Source of the DNA: an uncultured Lachnospiraceae bacterium
GTDB lineage: Bacteria > Bacillota > Clostridia > Lachnospirales > Lachnospiraceae
Direction of reading: 5' to 3'
Assembly (NCBI GenBank): GCA_947165275.1
Contig: CAMUZQ010000005.1
Span: 15,110-79,109 of the forward strand
Length of the DNA: 64,000 bases
In this document: piece by piece, positions 19,862 to 30,186 of the stretch
How the letters are laid out: each line of letters starts with the position of its first letter
Numbering within the stretch: the first letter of the stretch is position 1
Notes under the pieces: generated by a model
Seen by the model: the letters and a program-made list of their open reading frames with translations, nothing else
What the model was told of the DNA's origin: nothing
The model's database searches: none
Program-made: the position numbers and the translations under genes

Positions 19862-21616
19862 TCAACCTGCCTCTTTTCTGTATTCCTCAGCGGCCTTCAC
19901 TATCTTCTCCGCAAGCTCATCAGACAGGACCTTTGTTTTTTCCAGCTCTTCCACAATATCCTTATGCTCAAACAATATATGATCGATGAGTCCTCTCTGG
20001 AAATCCTTCACCTTATCTTTATCTATTCCGGAGAATATCTTCTTTCCGGCCGCGACAAGGGTTATGACCTGCTCTGTCATGGAAAGCGGCGACGCTCCGG
20101 GCTGCTTCAGGATCTCCATCAGCGCGCGTCCGTTTGCAAGCTGAGCCTGTGTCGCATCATCCAGATCCGCCGAGAACTGGGTGAAGACCTCCATCTCCCT
20201 GAACTGCGCAAGATCGATACGGAAGGATCCCGTAGCCTTTTTCATTGCCTTGGTCTGGGCTGCTCCTCCCACACGGGATACGGAAAGTCCCACATTTACC
20301 GCCGGTCTCTGGCCCTCGGCAAAAAGATCGCTCTCGAGGAATATCTGTCCGTCGGTGATGGATATCACGTTTGTGGGAATATATGCGGATACGTCTCCGG
20401 CCTGAGTCTCTATGATAGGGAGAGCCGTGATCGAACCGCCTCCCAGCTTCTCTGACAGTCTGCTGGATCTCTCAAGAAGTCTTGAATGAAGATAGAATAC
20501 GTCTCCCGGATAAGCCTCTCTGCCCGGAGGACGTCTCAGGAGCAGGGATATCTCCCTGTAGGCTACTGCATGCTTTGAAAGATCATCGTAAACTATAAGC
20601 ACATCCTTGCCCTTATGCATGAAATACTCCGCCATTGCCGTTGCCGAATACGGAGCCAGATACTGCAGCGGAGCAGGATCCGACGCAAAGGAGCCGACTA
20701 TTACCGAATAATCCATCGAGCCGTGTAGCCTGAGATTCTGGGCAAGAGCCGCGACCGTGGATGCCTTCTGTCCGATGGAGACATAGATGCATATGACATC
20801 CTTACCCTTCTGGTTGATTATCGTATCTGTCGCAATTGTCGTCTTTCCGGTCTGTCTGTCACCTATTATGAGCTCCCTCTGGCCCCGGCCTATGGGGAAC
20901 ATACTGTCTATAGCAAGGATCCCGGTCTCCATGGGAGTCGTAACGGGCTGTCTGTCTGTGATACCGGGTGCAGGCGACTCCACGGGAAGCTTATCCTCTG
21001 TTTCAAGCGGTCCCATGCCGTCTATGGGATCTCCCAGCGCATTGACCACTCTTCCGAGCATCGCATCCCCTACAGGCACGCCGGCAGCCGCCCCTGTACG
21101 CACGACCTTCTCACCCTCATATACCTCATCATCCGTGCACAGAAGGATACAGCCGATATGGCCTTCCCGCAGATCGAGGACCATGCCTCTTACTCCGCTC
21201 TCAAATATGACTATCTCGCCGTATTCTACATGTGAGAGGCCCTCGATACGGGCTATGCCGTCTCCGCAGTATATGACCTGACCGGTCTCATAACCGCGGG
21301 CTTCGAATTTATGAGCATCCGCGGCATCCTTTATGACGGATATGATGTCTCTGCTCTCAGGATAAGCGGCAAGCTCCTTCCGGGCCGCAAGCCTTATTTC
21401 CTTTGCCCTGCCCTTTAAGCTCCAGTCATACTCATCCTCGCCGACACGTAAAACAAAGCCTCCCAGCAGGTCAGCGTCTTGTATAAGCTCAAGCTCGATA
21501 TCTTCCTTTGATACTTTGTATTCAGAAGCAATAAAAGACTTAAATCTGTCCTGCTGCCTGCCATCCGGCGGCATGACAAAGCTGAGCTTTGCTTTAAGGA
21601 TATTTTCACTCATCAT
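19862..21616 (-). CDS. atpA: F1 ATP synthase alpha subunit with N-terminal delta/OSCP C-domain fusion
   Basis: GDRQTGKT, PPGREAYPGDVFY and SITDGQI; extra ~80 aa N-terminus containing DADLLGGFVLRVGEDEYDWSL. Confidence 0.92.
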   Translation of the reverse strand: MMSENILKAKLSFVMPPDGRQQDRFKSFIASEYKVSKEDIELELIQDADLLGGFVLRVGEDEYDWSLKGRAKEIRLAARKELAAYPESRDIISVIKDAADAHKFEARGYETGQVIYCGDGIARIEGLSHVEYGEIVIFESGVRGMVLDLREGHIGCILLCTDDEVYEGEKVVRTGAAAGVPVGDAMLGRVVNALGDPIDGMGPLETEDKLPVESPAPGITDRQPVTTPMETGILAIDSMFPIGRGQRELIIGDRQTGKTTIATDTIINQKGKDVICIYVSIGQKASTVAALAQNLRLHGSMDYSVIVGSFASDPAPLQYLAPYSATAMAEYFMHKGKDVLIVYDDLSKHAVAYREISLLLRRPPGREAYPGDVFYLHSRLLERSSRLSEKLGGGSITALPIIETQAGDVSAYIPTNVISITDGQIFLESDLFAEGQRPAVNVGLSVSRVGGAAQTKAMKKATGSFRIDLAQFREMEVFTQFSADLDDATQAQLANGRALMEILKQPGASPLSMTEQVITLVAAGKKIFSGIDKDKVKDFQRGLIDHILFEHKDIVEELEKTKVLSDELAEKIVKAAEEYRKEAG

Positions 21617-22113
21617 TCGTTACCTGTACCCTTGCCGGCAGCCTGTGCAAGGAACCTGTCATAGAGTTCGCTGTTTGCTTCCTCAGTGATAGCCTGGCCT
21701 GCAAGTCTCGATGCCACATCAAATACAAGCTCCTCAACCTGCTTGTCATGCTCCAGCCCGGCCACGTTCTTTATACGTACGGCCTCGTCCTTTGCCGTCC
21801 TTACGATACCCTCTGCCTCAAGATTTGCCTTGTCTATGATTGAGGTCTTTCTTTCTTCAGCCTCCTTCATAGCCCTGTCCATAAGCTGGGCTTTTTCCTT
21901 TTCGAACTCGGCGACCTGCATCTGATATTCTCTTCTGCTTGTCTGGGCTTCCTTTGTGACCTTATCCGCAGTCGCGTAGCTGTCCTTGATCTCCTGATCC
22001 CTTTTTTCTATGATGCTGTTTACCCTGCCGAAGAGAAATTTTTTGGCAAGGAAATAAAGGATCAGGATATTTATGATCATACATACAAAATTTACCAGAT
22101 CAAAACTAAGCAC
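21613..22113 (-). CDS. atpF: Fo ATP synthase b subunit
   Basis: N-terminal TM (INILILYFLAKKFLF) followed by a long coiled coil. Confidence 0.9.
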   Translation of the reverse strand: MLSFDLVNFVCMIINILILYFLAKKFLFGRVNSIIEKRDQEIKDSYATADKVTKEAQTSRREYQMQVAEFEKEKAQLMDRAMKEAEERKTSIIDKANLEAEGIVRTAKDEAVRIKNVAGLEHDKQVEELVFDVASRLAGQAITEEANSELYDRFLAQAAGKGTGNE

Positions 22114-22130
22114 TTACCAGTCCCTCCCGC

Positions 22131-22349
22131 TTACAATACGAAAATTATAAGGATCGCCACAAGCAGACCGTATATGGCGGTTGCTTCTGCAAGAGCACAG
22201 CCAAGAAGGAGCAGGGTCATTATCTTGCTCTGAGCCTCCGGCTGACGTGCTACCGCATCTGTTGCCTTTCCTGTTGCGATACCTATGCCTATACCTGCTC
22301 CGATACCGGTAAGGGCTGCGATACCTGCGCCTAATGCTACCATGTCCAT
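22131..22349 (-). CDS. atpE: Fo ATP synthase c subunit
   Basis: GxGxGxG repeat, ARQPEA loop, LAEATAIY. Confidence 0.96.
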   Translation of the reverse strand: MDMVALGAGIAALTGIGAGIGIGIATGKATDAVARQPEAQSKIMTLLLLGCALAEATAIYGLLVAILIIFVL

Positions 22350-22384
22350 TTCATTTCCTCCTCTGTAAATGCCAAATCATTCCT

Positions 22385-23068
22385 TTATTCCACAGCTTCA
22401 TTTATATAAAGCGATGTCAAAAATACAAAAACATATGCCTGCAGCAGACCGTCAAAAATATCAAAATAAAGGCAGAGCGCTGCCGGAAGCACTACCGGCA
22501 CGACCATCTTCACAAGCTCCATGATGACAAAGGCCGCAAAGATATTTCCGAAAAGACGCATGCAGAGCGACAGCGGCTTGATGAAAAGCTCCAGGATATT
22601 CATCGGGAGCATGACACCTATCGGCTGCGCAAAGCTTTTGAGCCACCCTCTCACCTTCTTTTCTCTTATCCCTGCCACCTGTACAAGAACTATACTCATG
22701 AGCGCCAGTGCCACTGTCGTCCTCAGATCCTTTGTCGGCGGCGCGATATTAAATACTCCTATCACATTGGATACCCCGAGAAACAGCATTACGCTGCAGA
22801 GATAGGGAACATATGCCTGTGCCTTTTCAGACATATTACTGCTGATGGCATCCTGCATCCATACCACGATGCTTTCCACCAGAAGCTGTCTCTTTCCGGG
22901 ATTATGTACGACAAATCCTCTTGTGAGTATGAGCATCAGAACAAAAAGAACAGCGATGATACACCAGGTTGTCACCACTGTCTGATTAATAGCAATACCA
23001 TCCCCTATAGGGATGGTAAAAGCTGTAGGTATTTCCAACTCCGCCCGGAGTTCTTCTGCTAAATTCAT
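22385..23068 (-). CDS. atpB: Fo ATP synthase a subunit
   Basis: PPTKD, LSLCMRLFGNIFA and LQAYVF; start moved to ATG 23068. Confidence 0.93.
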   Translation of the reverse strand: MNLAEELRAELEIPTAFTIPIGDGIAINQTVVTTWCIIAVLFVLMLILTRGFVVHNPGKRQLLVESIVVWMQDAISSNMSEKAQAYVPYLCSVMLFLGVSNVIGVFNIAPPTKDLRTTVALALMSIVLVQVAGIREKKVRGWLKSFAQPIGVMLPMNILELFIKPLSLCMRLFGNIFAAFVIMELVKMVVPVVLPAALCLYFDIFDGLLQAYVFVFLTSLYINEAVE

Positions 23069-23184
23069 TTTTTCGCCTCTTTTTTCAAAAGAATGGAAGC
23101 TGCATCTGCAGTTTAATATCAATCTTCATTTTATCACTATTTATAATAAACGACAAAATCATTTTCGTTTTGCCGTGTACGGCA

Positions 23185-24504
23185 TCAGAGTCTCCACCAC
23201 CTGAGACCTGACGCCTCAAGCTCATCCACGCTGCATATTCCCTTTACATCAATGAATACCTTATTCTCATCGGCTGGAGCTCTGTACATCTTCCGGATCC
23301 CTTCGATACCGAGTTTTTTGAAATCATCATGGGCTACTGCCGCGATCACGCAGTCGGCATCATGTATTTCTTCCGTTTTTTTAAGCTTCACACCATACTC
23401 TCTCATCGCGTCCTCTTCGTCGGCCCAGGGATCCGCGACCTCGGGTATGATATCATATTCATTCAGTCTTCTGATAATGTCATTCACCTTGCTGTTGCGT
23501 GTGTCGGGACAGTTCTCCTTGAAGGTAAGTCCGAGGATCACCACCTTTGACAGCTTCGGCGCCTGACCTGCGGCGATCATTTCCTTTATCGTGGCATCGG
23601 CTATATATGCACCCATGCCGTCATTCACGATGCGCCCGTTTAATATGATCTGACTGTGATATCCGAGCTTCTCGGCTTCGTATGTAAAATAGTAAGGATC
23701 CACGCCTATACAGTGGCCTCCCACAAGTCCCGGCCTGAAGCCCAGAGCGTTCCATTTTGTATTCATGCCGTCGACGACCTCTCCCGTATCTATCCCCATA
23801 CGGTCAAATACCATCGCAAGCTCATTCATGAAAGCGATATTTATGTCTCTCTGGCTGTTCTCCACCACCTTTATCGCCTCCGCTGTTTTGATGGAGGATA
23901 CCGGACAGGTCCCTGCCTCTATGACCATATCATATATATTCTTTATCTCCTCCAGAGCTTCCTTGTCCTGGCCCGAAACAATCTTTTTTATATTGGTCAG
24001 GGTATGGACTCTGTCTCCGGGATTTATCCTTTCAGGTGAATAACCGACCTTGAAATCACTGCCGCATTTTAACCCCGAGCATTTCTCCAGGATCGGGATG
24101 CATACGTCCTCCGTGACCCCGGGATAGACGGTGGACTCAAATACCACAATGGATCCTTCCTGAAGGTTTCTTCCTACGACCTCGCTGGCTCCCTCCACAG
24201 GTGAAAGATCGGGTGTATGGTCCGTATTCACCGGGGTCGGGACAGCCACTATGAAAAATCTGGCTTCCTTCAGCTTTTCCTCATCGCTTGTGAATAAGAC
24301 CGTCGTCTCCCTTATGGCATCGTTTCCGACCTCGTTCGTGGGATCCTTTCCGGAATTATAAAGATCTATCTTTGAGCTGTTGGTATCAAAGCCTATGACC
24401 TCAGCCTTTTTTGCAAATTCCACCGCTATGGGCATCCCTACGTAGCCCAGACCCACCACCGCAAGCTTTTCTTTTCTGTTTTTTATATCCTCAAAAAGTG
24501 ACAT
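23185..24504 (-). CDS. Nucleotide-sugar 6-dehydrogenase (UDP-GalNAc/GlcNAc dehydrogenase, WbpO/TviB-like)
   Basis: GLGYVG, ESTVYPGVTE, YSPERINPG, GGHCIGVDPYY and TFKENCPD; start moved to ATG 24504. Confidence 0.88.
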   Translation of the reverse strand: MSLFEDIKNRKEKLAVVGLGYVGMPIAVEFAKKAEVIGFDTNSSKIDLYNSGKDPTNEVGNDAIRETTVLFTSDEEKLKEARFFIVAVPTPVNTDHTPDLSPVEGASEVVGRNLQEGSIVVFESTVYPGVTEDVCIPILEKCSGLKCGSDFKVGYSPERINPGDRVHTLTNIKKIVSGQDKEALEEIKNIYDMVIEAGTCPVSSIKTAEAIKVVENSQRDINIAFMNELAMVFDRMGIDTGEVVDGMNTKWNALGFRPGLVGGHCIGVDPYYFTYEAEKLGYHSQIILNGRIVNDGMGAYIADATIKEMIAAGQAPKLSKVVILGLTFKENCPDTRNSKVNDIIRRLNEYDIIPEVADPWADEEDAMREYGVKLKKTEEIHDADCVIAAVAHDDFKKLGIEGIRKMYRAPADENKVFIDVKGICSVDELEASGLRWWRL

Positions 24505-24518
24505 TTTCCGCTCCTTTA

Positions 24519-25892
24519 TCATGCCCGTGAAAGCATGACATATAATGCTGTCGTCGTTACGGCAAATATTCCCGTCATTATCCATACCATCCGTCTGAAA
24601 AGGCTCCCGCTCTTTTCGATATACATCCCAAGCATCAGCGCTTCAAGCGGTATAAGGTATAATATATACCTGAAATCCATGGAGCTGTAGTAGGGCGCCT
24701 TGATCATGAAGCTGACATACATTATAAGAGTCACCGTATAAATGGCCCCCAGATACAGTCTTATCACAGGAGAATCTATATATTTTCCGGATACCAGGAC
24801 CCGGACCGTCGTATAAAGTGCGGATATGGCAAGCACAGTGCCGGTCAGCAGCAGTATCCATCCCGCTGCCGTCATGAATAAGGCCCCGAATCCGCTGTGA
24901 CCCGCCTCAGCCATGACATATGCGAAGTTCTCATCTCCGAAAAGCGAGGTCTTCATCATACCCAGCAGCATATTGAATTCATCATACGGATCTCCGTTTG
25001 TGATCCTTGATACATATGGGATCCTGCATCTTATGTCAAAGATCCGGGCCGCGAGGGATGCGGTTATCCTTTCTCCCACCTCCGGAGTGAAATTGAGGGG
25101 AACTCCGAATAATATATAGTTTCTTACGGGAGACCAGAGGGCCAGCGGGAAGCATATAAATCCGAACACAACGAATTTCTTCATATAGGGAACAAAGCCT
25201 TCTGTCCCGCCCTGTATGAATCTTACGATAAAAACCAGAGCTATCGCCGGAGCGATAAGTGATGCGGAGGTCTTTGCCATCATACCGAGCCCGATAGTAA
25301 ATGCCAGTATCACCGTGTATTTCCAGCATGGATCGTCATACCATACAAGACCGAAATACATGGTCATGACGACCAGCATGACCGCAAGCATGTCATTATT
25401 GATCGAACCTGACATCAGGATAAAACCGGGATGGACCGCCGTCAGCATGAAAGCTGCCATAAGAGGCAGTCCTTTAAGCTTGAAGTATCTGAATATAAGA
25501 TATGCGAAATACAGGGTCACCAGACTGTAGACCCAGGTCAGAAGCTGTACATGCTCACATGCCTCTCCATAGGCTATGCCGGCAAACTCCTGTATATGGA
25601 TCCAGAGGGCTGCAAGCATATGATGCAGAGGGGGCTGGAAAAATCCCCACCTTTCTCTCGGGTCGAAATCGATCAGCAGATGTCCGTCATGGATATATTC
25701 AATGAAGGCTGCCTGACCCTCCCCGGCGCCGAAATCTATGACGTCATGCTGTCTGCGCCATGCCGGAGTGTAATAAACATAAAAAAACCGAAGCACCGCT
25801 GCCAGCAGGCCGGCTGCCGCTATCCGGATATCTGTGAACTTTTCCTCCAAACTCTTTCTCATATTCGGAATACCGGCAGATGCTCTGCTCAC
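24519..25892 (-). CDS. GT-C fold integral membrane glycosyltransferase (PMT/ArnT-like)
   Basis: About 10 TM helices; QHD, QPPLHH, SINNDM and GMMAKTS motifs; start may be GTG 25892 or ATG 25862. Confidence 0.7.
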   Translation of the reverse strand: MSRASAGIPNMRKSLEEKFTDIRIAAAGLLAAVLRFFYVYYTPAWRRQHDVIDFGAGEGQAAFIEYIHDGHLLIDFDPRERWGFFQPPLHHMLAALWIHIQEFAGIAYGEACEHVQLLTWVYSLVTLYFAYLIFRYFKLKGLPLMAAFMLTAVHPGFILMSGSINNDMLAVMLVVMTMYFGLVWYDDPCWKYTVILAFTIGLGMMAKTSASLIAPAIALVFIVRFIQGGTEGFVPYMKKFVVFGFICFPLALWSPVRNYILFGVPLNFTPEVGERITASLAARIFDIRCRIPYVSRITNGDPYDEFNMLLGMMKTSLFGDENFAYVMAEAGHSGFGALFMTAAGWILLLTGTVLAISALYTTVRVLVSGKYIDSPVIRLYLGAIYTVTLIMYVSFMIKAPYYSSMDFRYILYLIPLEALMLGMYIEKSGSLFRRMVWIMTGIFAVTTTALYVMLSRA

Positions 25893-27610
25893 ATGAACCC
25901 GGGGGCTTCAAATCCCAGAAGGTCCACGGAGGTTTCCAGTATGCCAAGCGTCAGGGTTATCAGCGCTATCCAGCTCTCCTGCTTTGCCTTGTCCTCCTCG
26001 GTTATTATCTTCGTTTCATGATAGAATTTATTAAAATCATTCGCCACCTGGTAAATATAGGCACAGATCCGGTGAGGGGCAAGATCCTTCCAGGCGCCCT
26101 CTATCATGGGCACGAATCCCGTGAGGTTCATCATCAGCGCCTTCTCTGCGGGATTTGAGGGAGGAAGGAGCTTCAGACCGTCGGTTTCGCCTCCGGTCTC
26201 CTTATATTTCCTTAATATGGATTTGATACGCACCATTGTATACAGGATATAAGGGCCGGTGTTTCCCTCAAATGATGTGAATTTATCTATATCGAAGATA
26301 TAATCCTTTCTGGCCTCATTTGAAAGATCCCCGTATTTGATAGCAGCAAGGGCTATCTTACCGGCAGTATCTTTAAGCTCGGCTTCCGGCATCTCTGTTC
26401 CGTTTTCCTTCATGCGCTCAAGACACTTCTCATATACTTCCTCAAGCAGGGTCTCAAGCCTCATTACTCCTCCGGATCTCGTCTTGAAGGGCTTTCCGTC
26501 CTTGCCGTTCATAGTCCCGAAGCCGAGGAATGAAAGCTCTGTCTTTTCCGGAACTATGCCGCATTTCTTTGCGGCTCTGAATACCTGCACGAAATGAAGC
26601 TCCTGTCTCTTGTCCACTACGTAGATCACGGCATCAGGCTTGTAATCCTCTTCTCTCTGTACAAGAGTGGCCAGATCCGTCGTGGTATACAGTGAGGCCC
26701 CGTCGGATTTGAGTATCATGCAGGGCGGTATCTCCTTGGCATCGGTCGGCTCGGATACATCTACCACCAGCGCTCCCTGGGATTCGTATGCATAGCCCTC
26801 CTTCTTCATGCTCTCGACCATCGGAGCGATATAGGGATCCGCATCTGCCTCGCCCTTCCATATATCAAAGGAGACATTCAGTCTGTCATAATTCTGCTTC
26901 AGATCTGCTACTGATATATCCATGATATGCCGCCATATCTTCAGATATTCTTCATTTCCGTGCTGCAGCTCAAAGGTGATGTCCATGGCTTTTTCCCTGA
27001 ATGCCTCATCCTCTTTGGACTTTTCCGAGGCTGCCGGGTATATCTCCGAAAGCTCATCCAGATCAGGCATGTGGTCCATGCCTCTGTCCTCCATCCCGGC
27101 TATGATAAGTCCCATCTGGAGCCCCCAGTCGCCCATATGGATATCTCCCAGGGTATCATTTCCCGTATATGCGGATATACGCTTCACCGACTCTCCGATT
27201 ATAGCAGCCCGTAAGTGTCCTATATGCAGGGGCTTGGCGACATTCGGTCCGCCGTAATCCACGACGACCTTTTTCATATCCTTCGCTTCAAATCCGAACT
27301 TTTCAGCTGAGGCCTCCCCGGCAAGGTATGAGGCGAGATAATCGTCACTGATATTCAGATTGATAAATCCGGGCTTTACACACTCTGCCTTGCTGAAATA
27401 TTCCGATCCCTTAAGCCTGGCCACCACTTCCTCCGCTATCATAAAGGGGGCCTTGTGTGCCTCCTTTGAAAGAGCCATGGCGCCGTTGCACTGATATTCA
27501 CAAAGGTCGGGCCGGTTCGAGACCGTGACCGTGATCCTCCCGTCATCATATCCGGCGTCCTTAAAAGCTTTCTTTAATTCTTCACTCAGGATATCAAGTA
27601 ACTTTTTCAT
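25889..27610 (-). CDS. argS: Arginine--tRNA ligase
   Basis: PNVAKPLHIGH, GDWGLQMG, FKTRSGG and FEGNTGPY. Confidence 0.96.
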   Translation of the reverse strand: MKKLLDILSEELKKAFKDAGYDDGRITVTVSNRPDLCEYQCNGAMALSKEAHKAPFMIAEEVVARLKGSEYFSKAECVKPGFINLNISDDYLASYLAGEASAEKFGFEAKDMKKVVVDYGGPNVAKPLHIGHLRAAIIGESVKRISAYTGNDTLGDIHMGDWGLQMGLIIAGMEDRGMDHMPDLDELSEIYPAASEKSKEDEAFREKAMDITFELQHGNEEYLKIWRHIMDISVADLKQNYDRLNVSFDIWKGEADADPYIAPMVESMKKEGYAYESQGALVVDVSEPTDAKEIPPCMILKSDGASLYTTTDLATLVQREEDYKPDAVIYVVDKRQELHFVQVFRAAKKCGIVPEKTELSFLGFGTMNGKDGKPFKTRSGGVMRLETLLEEVYEKCLERMKENGTEMPEAELKDTAGKIALAAIKYGDLSNEARKDYIFDIDKFTSFEGNTGPYILYTMVRIKSILRKYKETGGETDGLKLLPPSNPAEKALMMNLTGFVPMIEGAWKDLAPHRICAYIYQVANDFNKFYHETKIITEEDKAKQESWIALITLTLGILETSVDLLGFEAPGFM

Positions 27611-27645
27611 TATTATTCCTTTCCCTGTTCCGGTATGCTTTAGGA

Positions 27646-28278
27646 TCAGCTCTGTGCAGCAGCTTCTCTTAGTCTTTCGTTTTTTGACATGATACAGCCG
27701 CAGTAGTCCTGCCGGTACAGATCGTATTCCTGCGACAGCTCGACAGATCTTTTGTATCCGTTCTTTTTCTTAAAATCAGACGGCAGATGGGGTATGCCGT
27801 ATTCCTTCGCCAGCCTCTCTCCTATTTCATTGATCCAGTCCGCATTTTTGTATGGGGATATCGAAAGAGTTGTCGTGAAATAATCAAAGCCCTTTTCTGC
27901 AGCGTATCCTACGGCTTTTCTCATTCTGAGCTCATAGCATTTATGGCATCTTGCTCCGCCCTCCGCCTCTCTCTCAAGGCCCCTTGCCATACTCTCAAAG
28001 TTTTCGGAATCGTATTTACAGATGACAGTCTCGGAAGGAAAGCCTGCCTCATGTACAAGTCTTTCAAGCTCCGCCGCTCTTTTGTGATATTCTTCTCCCG
28101 AGTCCATATTCGGATTATAGAAGAAGAGCGTGATCTCAAAATACTCTGACAGGTACTCCTGTACGTAGGATGAGCATGGAGCGCAGCAGACATGCAGCAG
28201 AAGCCTCGGCCTGATCTTTTTTCTTATATTATCCTCTATTATAGCATCCAGTTCACGCTGATAGTTTCTTTTATTCAT
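27646..28278 (-). CDS. queH: Epoxyqueuosine reductase QueH
   Basis: LLHVCCAPCS, FYNPN, RCHKC, TTLSISPYK and YRQDYCGC. Confidence 0.9.
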   Translation of the reverse strand: MNKRNYQRELDAIIEDNIRKKIRPRLLLHVCCAPCSSYVQEYLSEYFEITLFFYNPNMDSGEEYHKRAAELERLVHEAGFPSETVICKYDSENFESMARGLEREAEGGARCHKCYELRMRKAVGYAAEKGFDYFTTTLSISPYKNADWINEIGERLAKEYGIPHLPSDFKKKNGYKRSVELSQEYDLYRQDYCGCIMSKNERLREAAAQS

Positions 28279-28288
28279 ATTGATTAAT

Positions 28289-28320
28289 AAAAAAGACCTG
28301 AGTCCTTCTCAGATCTTTTT
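28289..28320 (-). terminator. Rho-independent terminator after tRNA-Cys
   Basis: Imperfect AAAAAGA-CTGAG / CTCAG-TCTTTTT stem followed by a T-run on the minus strand. Confidence 0.6.
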
Positions 28321-28322
28321 CA

Positions 28323-28393
28323 AGGCGACAACCAGAATCGAACTGGTGATACGGGTGTTGCAGACCCTTGCCTTACCGCTTGGCTATGTCGCC
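28323..28393 (-). tRNA. tRNA-Cys (GCA)
   Basis: GGCGACA/TGTCGCC acceptor stem, D arm GCC..GGC, anticodon loop CTGCAAC, T arm ACCAG-TTCGATT-CTGGT, U73; CCA not encoded. Confidence 0.95.
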
Positions 28394-28404
28394 AGTACTT
28401 GACT

Positions 28405-28432
28405 ATTATACCAAAAAAATTTACAAAATCAA
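28405..28432 (-). promoter_or_regulatory. Predicted promoter of tRNA-Cys
   Basis: TTGATT-16 bp-TATAAT with TG extended -10. Confidence 0.65.
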
Positions 28433-28476
28433 TGCCTGTGTCAGTTTTTATTATACAAGCCCCAAAATAAAGGGTA

Positions 28477-28503
28477 CGGGACAGGCCAAAACGGCCTGTC
28501 CCG
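28477..28503 (-). terminator. Hairpin terminator after the ribulokinase gene
   Basis: CGGGACAGGCC / GGCCTGTCCCG 11-bp perfect stem. Confidence 0.65.
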
Positions 28504-28515
28504 CGGATCCCCGCT

Positions 28516-30105
28516 TTATTTTATATTATCTATGGCAGCCCTTTCTACAGGAAGCCCTGCCTTGTACATCGCAAGCCATTTGTCAAAGCCCTCGACATCT
28601 GCTGCATCAGGCGCAGTAGTAACTGTTTCGGAATTTGCGAACACCTTATTTGAAAGGAAATCATCCAGGGTCTCTCCGTCAGCCTTGCTGATCATGAATG
28701 CCGCATGGATAGCCTGTCCCCAGGGACCGCCCTCTCCTGCGGTAGCCATCGTCGAGACAGGTATATTAAGAGCCGCTGCCATCACCTTTGCTGCGCTCTC
28801 TCCGGAATTAAACCAGCCGCCGTGTCCGGTTATCTTGTCTACTTCCACATTCTCCTGCCTGATCAGGATATCCATGCCTATCTTCAGAGCTCCCATAGCC
28901 GAATAAAGGATGGATCTCATAAGATTGGCAAGGTCGAATTTAGCATCCGGTGTACGCACGAGCAGCGGACGGCCTTCCTCCATACCGGTTACAGGCTCGC
29001 CGGAGAAGTAGTTATATGAAAGCACTCCTGCGCAATCCGGATCCTCTGTAAGAGCCTTGTTGAATAAGGCAGTATACAGATCATCCGGCTCCTTCGCTCC
29101 CGAAAGCTGCAGCACTTCTTTGAATATATTCACCCAATAGTTAAGATCAGAGGTGCAGTTATTCACATGAGCCATGGCTACAGGCTTGCCGGACGGCGTC
29201 GTGACCATATCAAGCTCCTTGTATACCTTTGAAAGAGGCTTCTCGAGAACTATCATGGCAAAGCAGCTGGTGCCTGCCGAGACGTTTCCGGTACGGACCG
29301 CTACGGAATTTGTAGCTGTCATGCCTGTTCCCGCATCGCCTTCGGGAGGACAGAGCGGGATCCCCGCCTTCAGCTCTCCTGAAGGATCCAGCTTCTTTGC
29401 GCCCTCTGCCGTAAGGGTTCCTGCCTTATCTCCTGCTACCAGGACCTTTGGCATGATGTCTCTTATCTTCCAGGAGAATCCGTACTCTGCGATGGTCTCG
29501 TCAAATTTGTCCAGACGGGCCTGATCATAATCATTTATTGAGGAGTCTATCGGGAACATCCCGGAGGCTTCTCCTACTCCGGCCACCTTCTCTCCTGTAA
29601 GCTGCCAGTGTATGTATTCGGCAAGTGTAAGCAGGGTCTTTATGTCCTTTACATGCTCTTCCTTGTTTAATATCGACTGATAAAGATGCGCTATGGACCA
29701 TCTCTGAGGTATATTGAAATCAAGGAGCTCCGTCAGCTTATTGGCTGCTTCTCCGGTTATGGTATTTCTCCAGGTACGGAAGGGTACCATGAGCTCATCC
29801 TTGTCATTAAATACCATATAGCCGTGCATCATCGCGGATATGCCTATAGCGCCGGTCGTAGTCAGGCTGACCCCGTACCTGTCCTGCACATCCTTCCGAA
29901 GTCCTGCGTAACAATCCTGTACGCCATTCCAGATATCATCGAGACTGTATGTCCAGATGCCGTTTTCCAGTCTGTTTTCCCAGCCGTGCTTTCCCGATGC
30001 CAGAACCTTAAAATCCTCACCTATCAGGACCGCCTTGATATTTGTCGAACCGAATTCGATCCCTATCGTGGTTTTGCCGGCTTCAATCGCTTCCTTTGCT
30101 CCCAT
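28516..30105 (-). CDS. FGGY-family carbohydrate kinase, probable L-ribulokinase
   Basis: [35 protein letters not shown] and EGGPWG; start moved to ATG 30105. Confidence 0.8.
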   Translation of the reverse strand: MGAKEAIEAGKTTIGIEFGSTNIKAVLIGEDFKVLASGKHGWENRLENGIWTYSLDDIWNGVQDCYAGLRKDVQDRYGVSLTTTGAIGISAMMHGYMVFNDKDELMVPFRTWRNTITGEAANKLTELLDFNIPQRWSIAHLYQSILNKEEHVKDIKTLLTLAEYIHWQLTGEKVAGVGEASGMFPIDSSINDYDQARLDKFDETIAEYGFSWKIRDIMPKVLVAGDKAGTLTAEGAKKLDPSGELKAGIPLCPPEGDAGTGMTATNSVAVRTGNVSAGTSCFAMIVLEKPLSKVYKELDMVTTPSGKPVAMAHVNNCTSDLNYWVNIFKEVLQLSGAKEPDDLYTALFNKALTEDPDCAGVLSYNYFSGEPVTGMEEGRPLLVRTPDAKFDLANLMRSILYSAMGALKIGMDILIRQENVEVDKITGHGGWFNSGESAAKVMAAALNIPVSTMATAGEGGPWGQAIHAAFMISKADGETLDDFLSNKVFANSETVTTAPDAADVEGFDKWLAMYKAGLPVERAAIDNIK

Positions 30106-30186
30106 GTACCCCTTACCTCCTTGGTTATAAATGTTCTGAAGCATTATGCCGCACTGCCTGGCAGCGGGCACATATCTTAGTAATAA

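Noticed and set aside
28279-28400. tRNA-Cys as an integration site
   Set aside because: No integrase or duplicated tRNA 3' end seen; flanked by housekeeping genes
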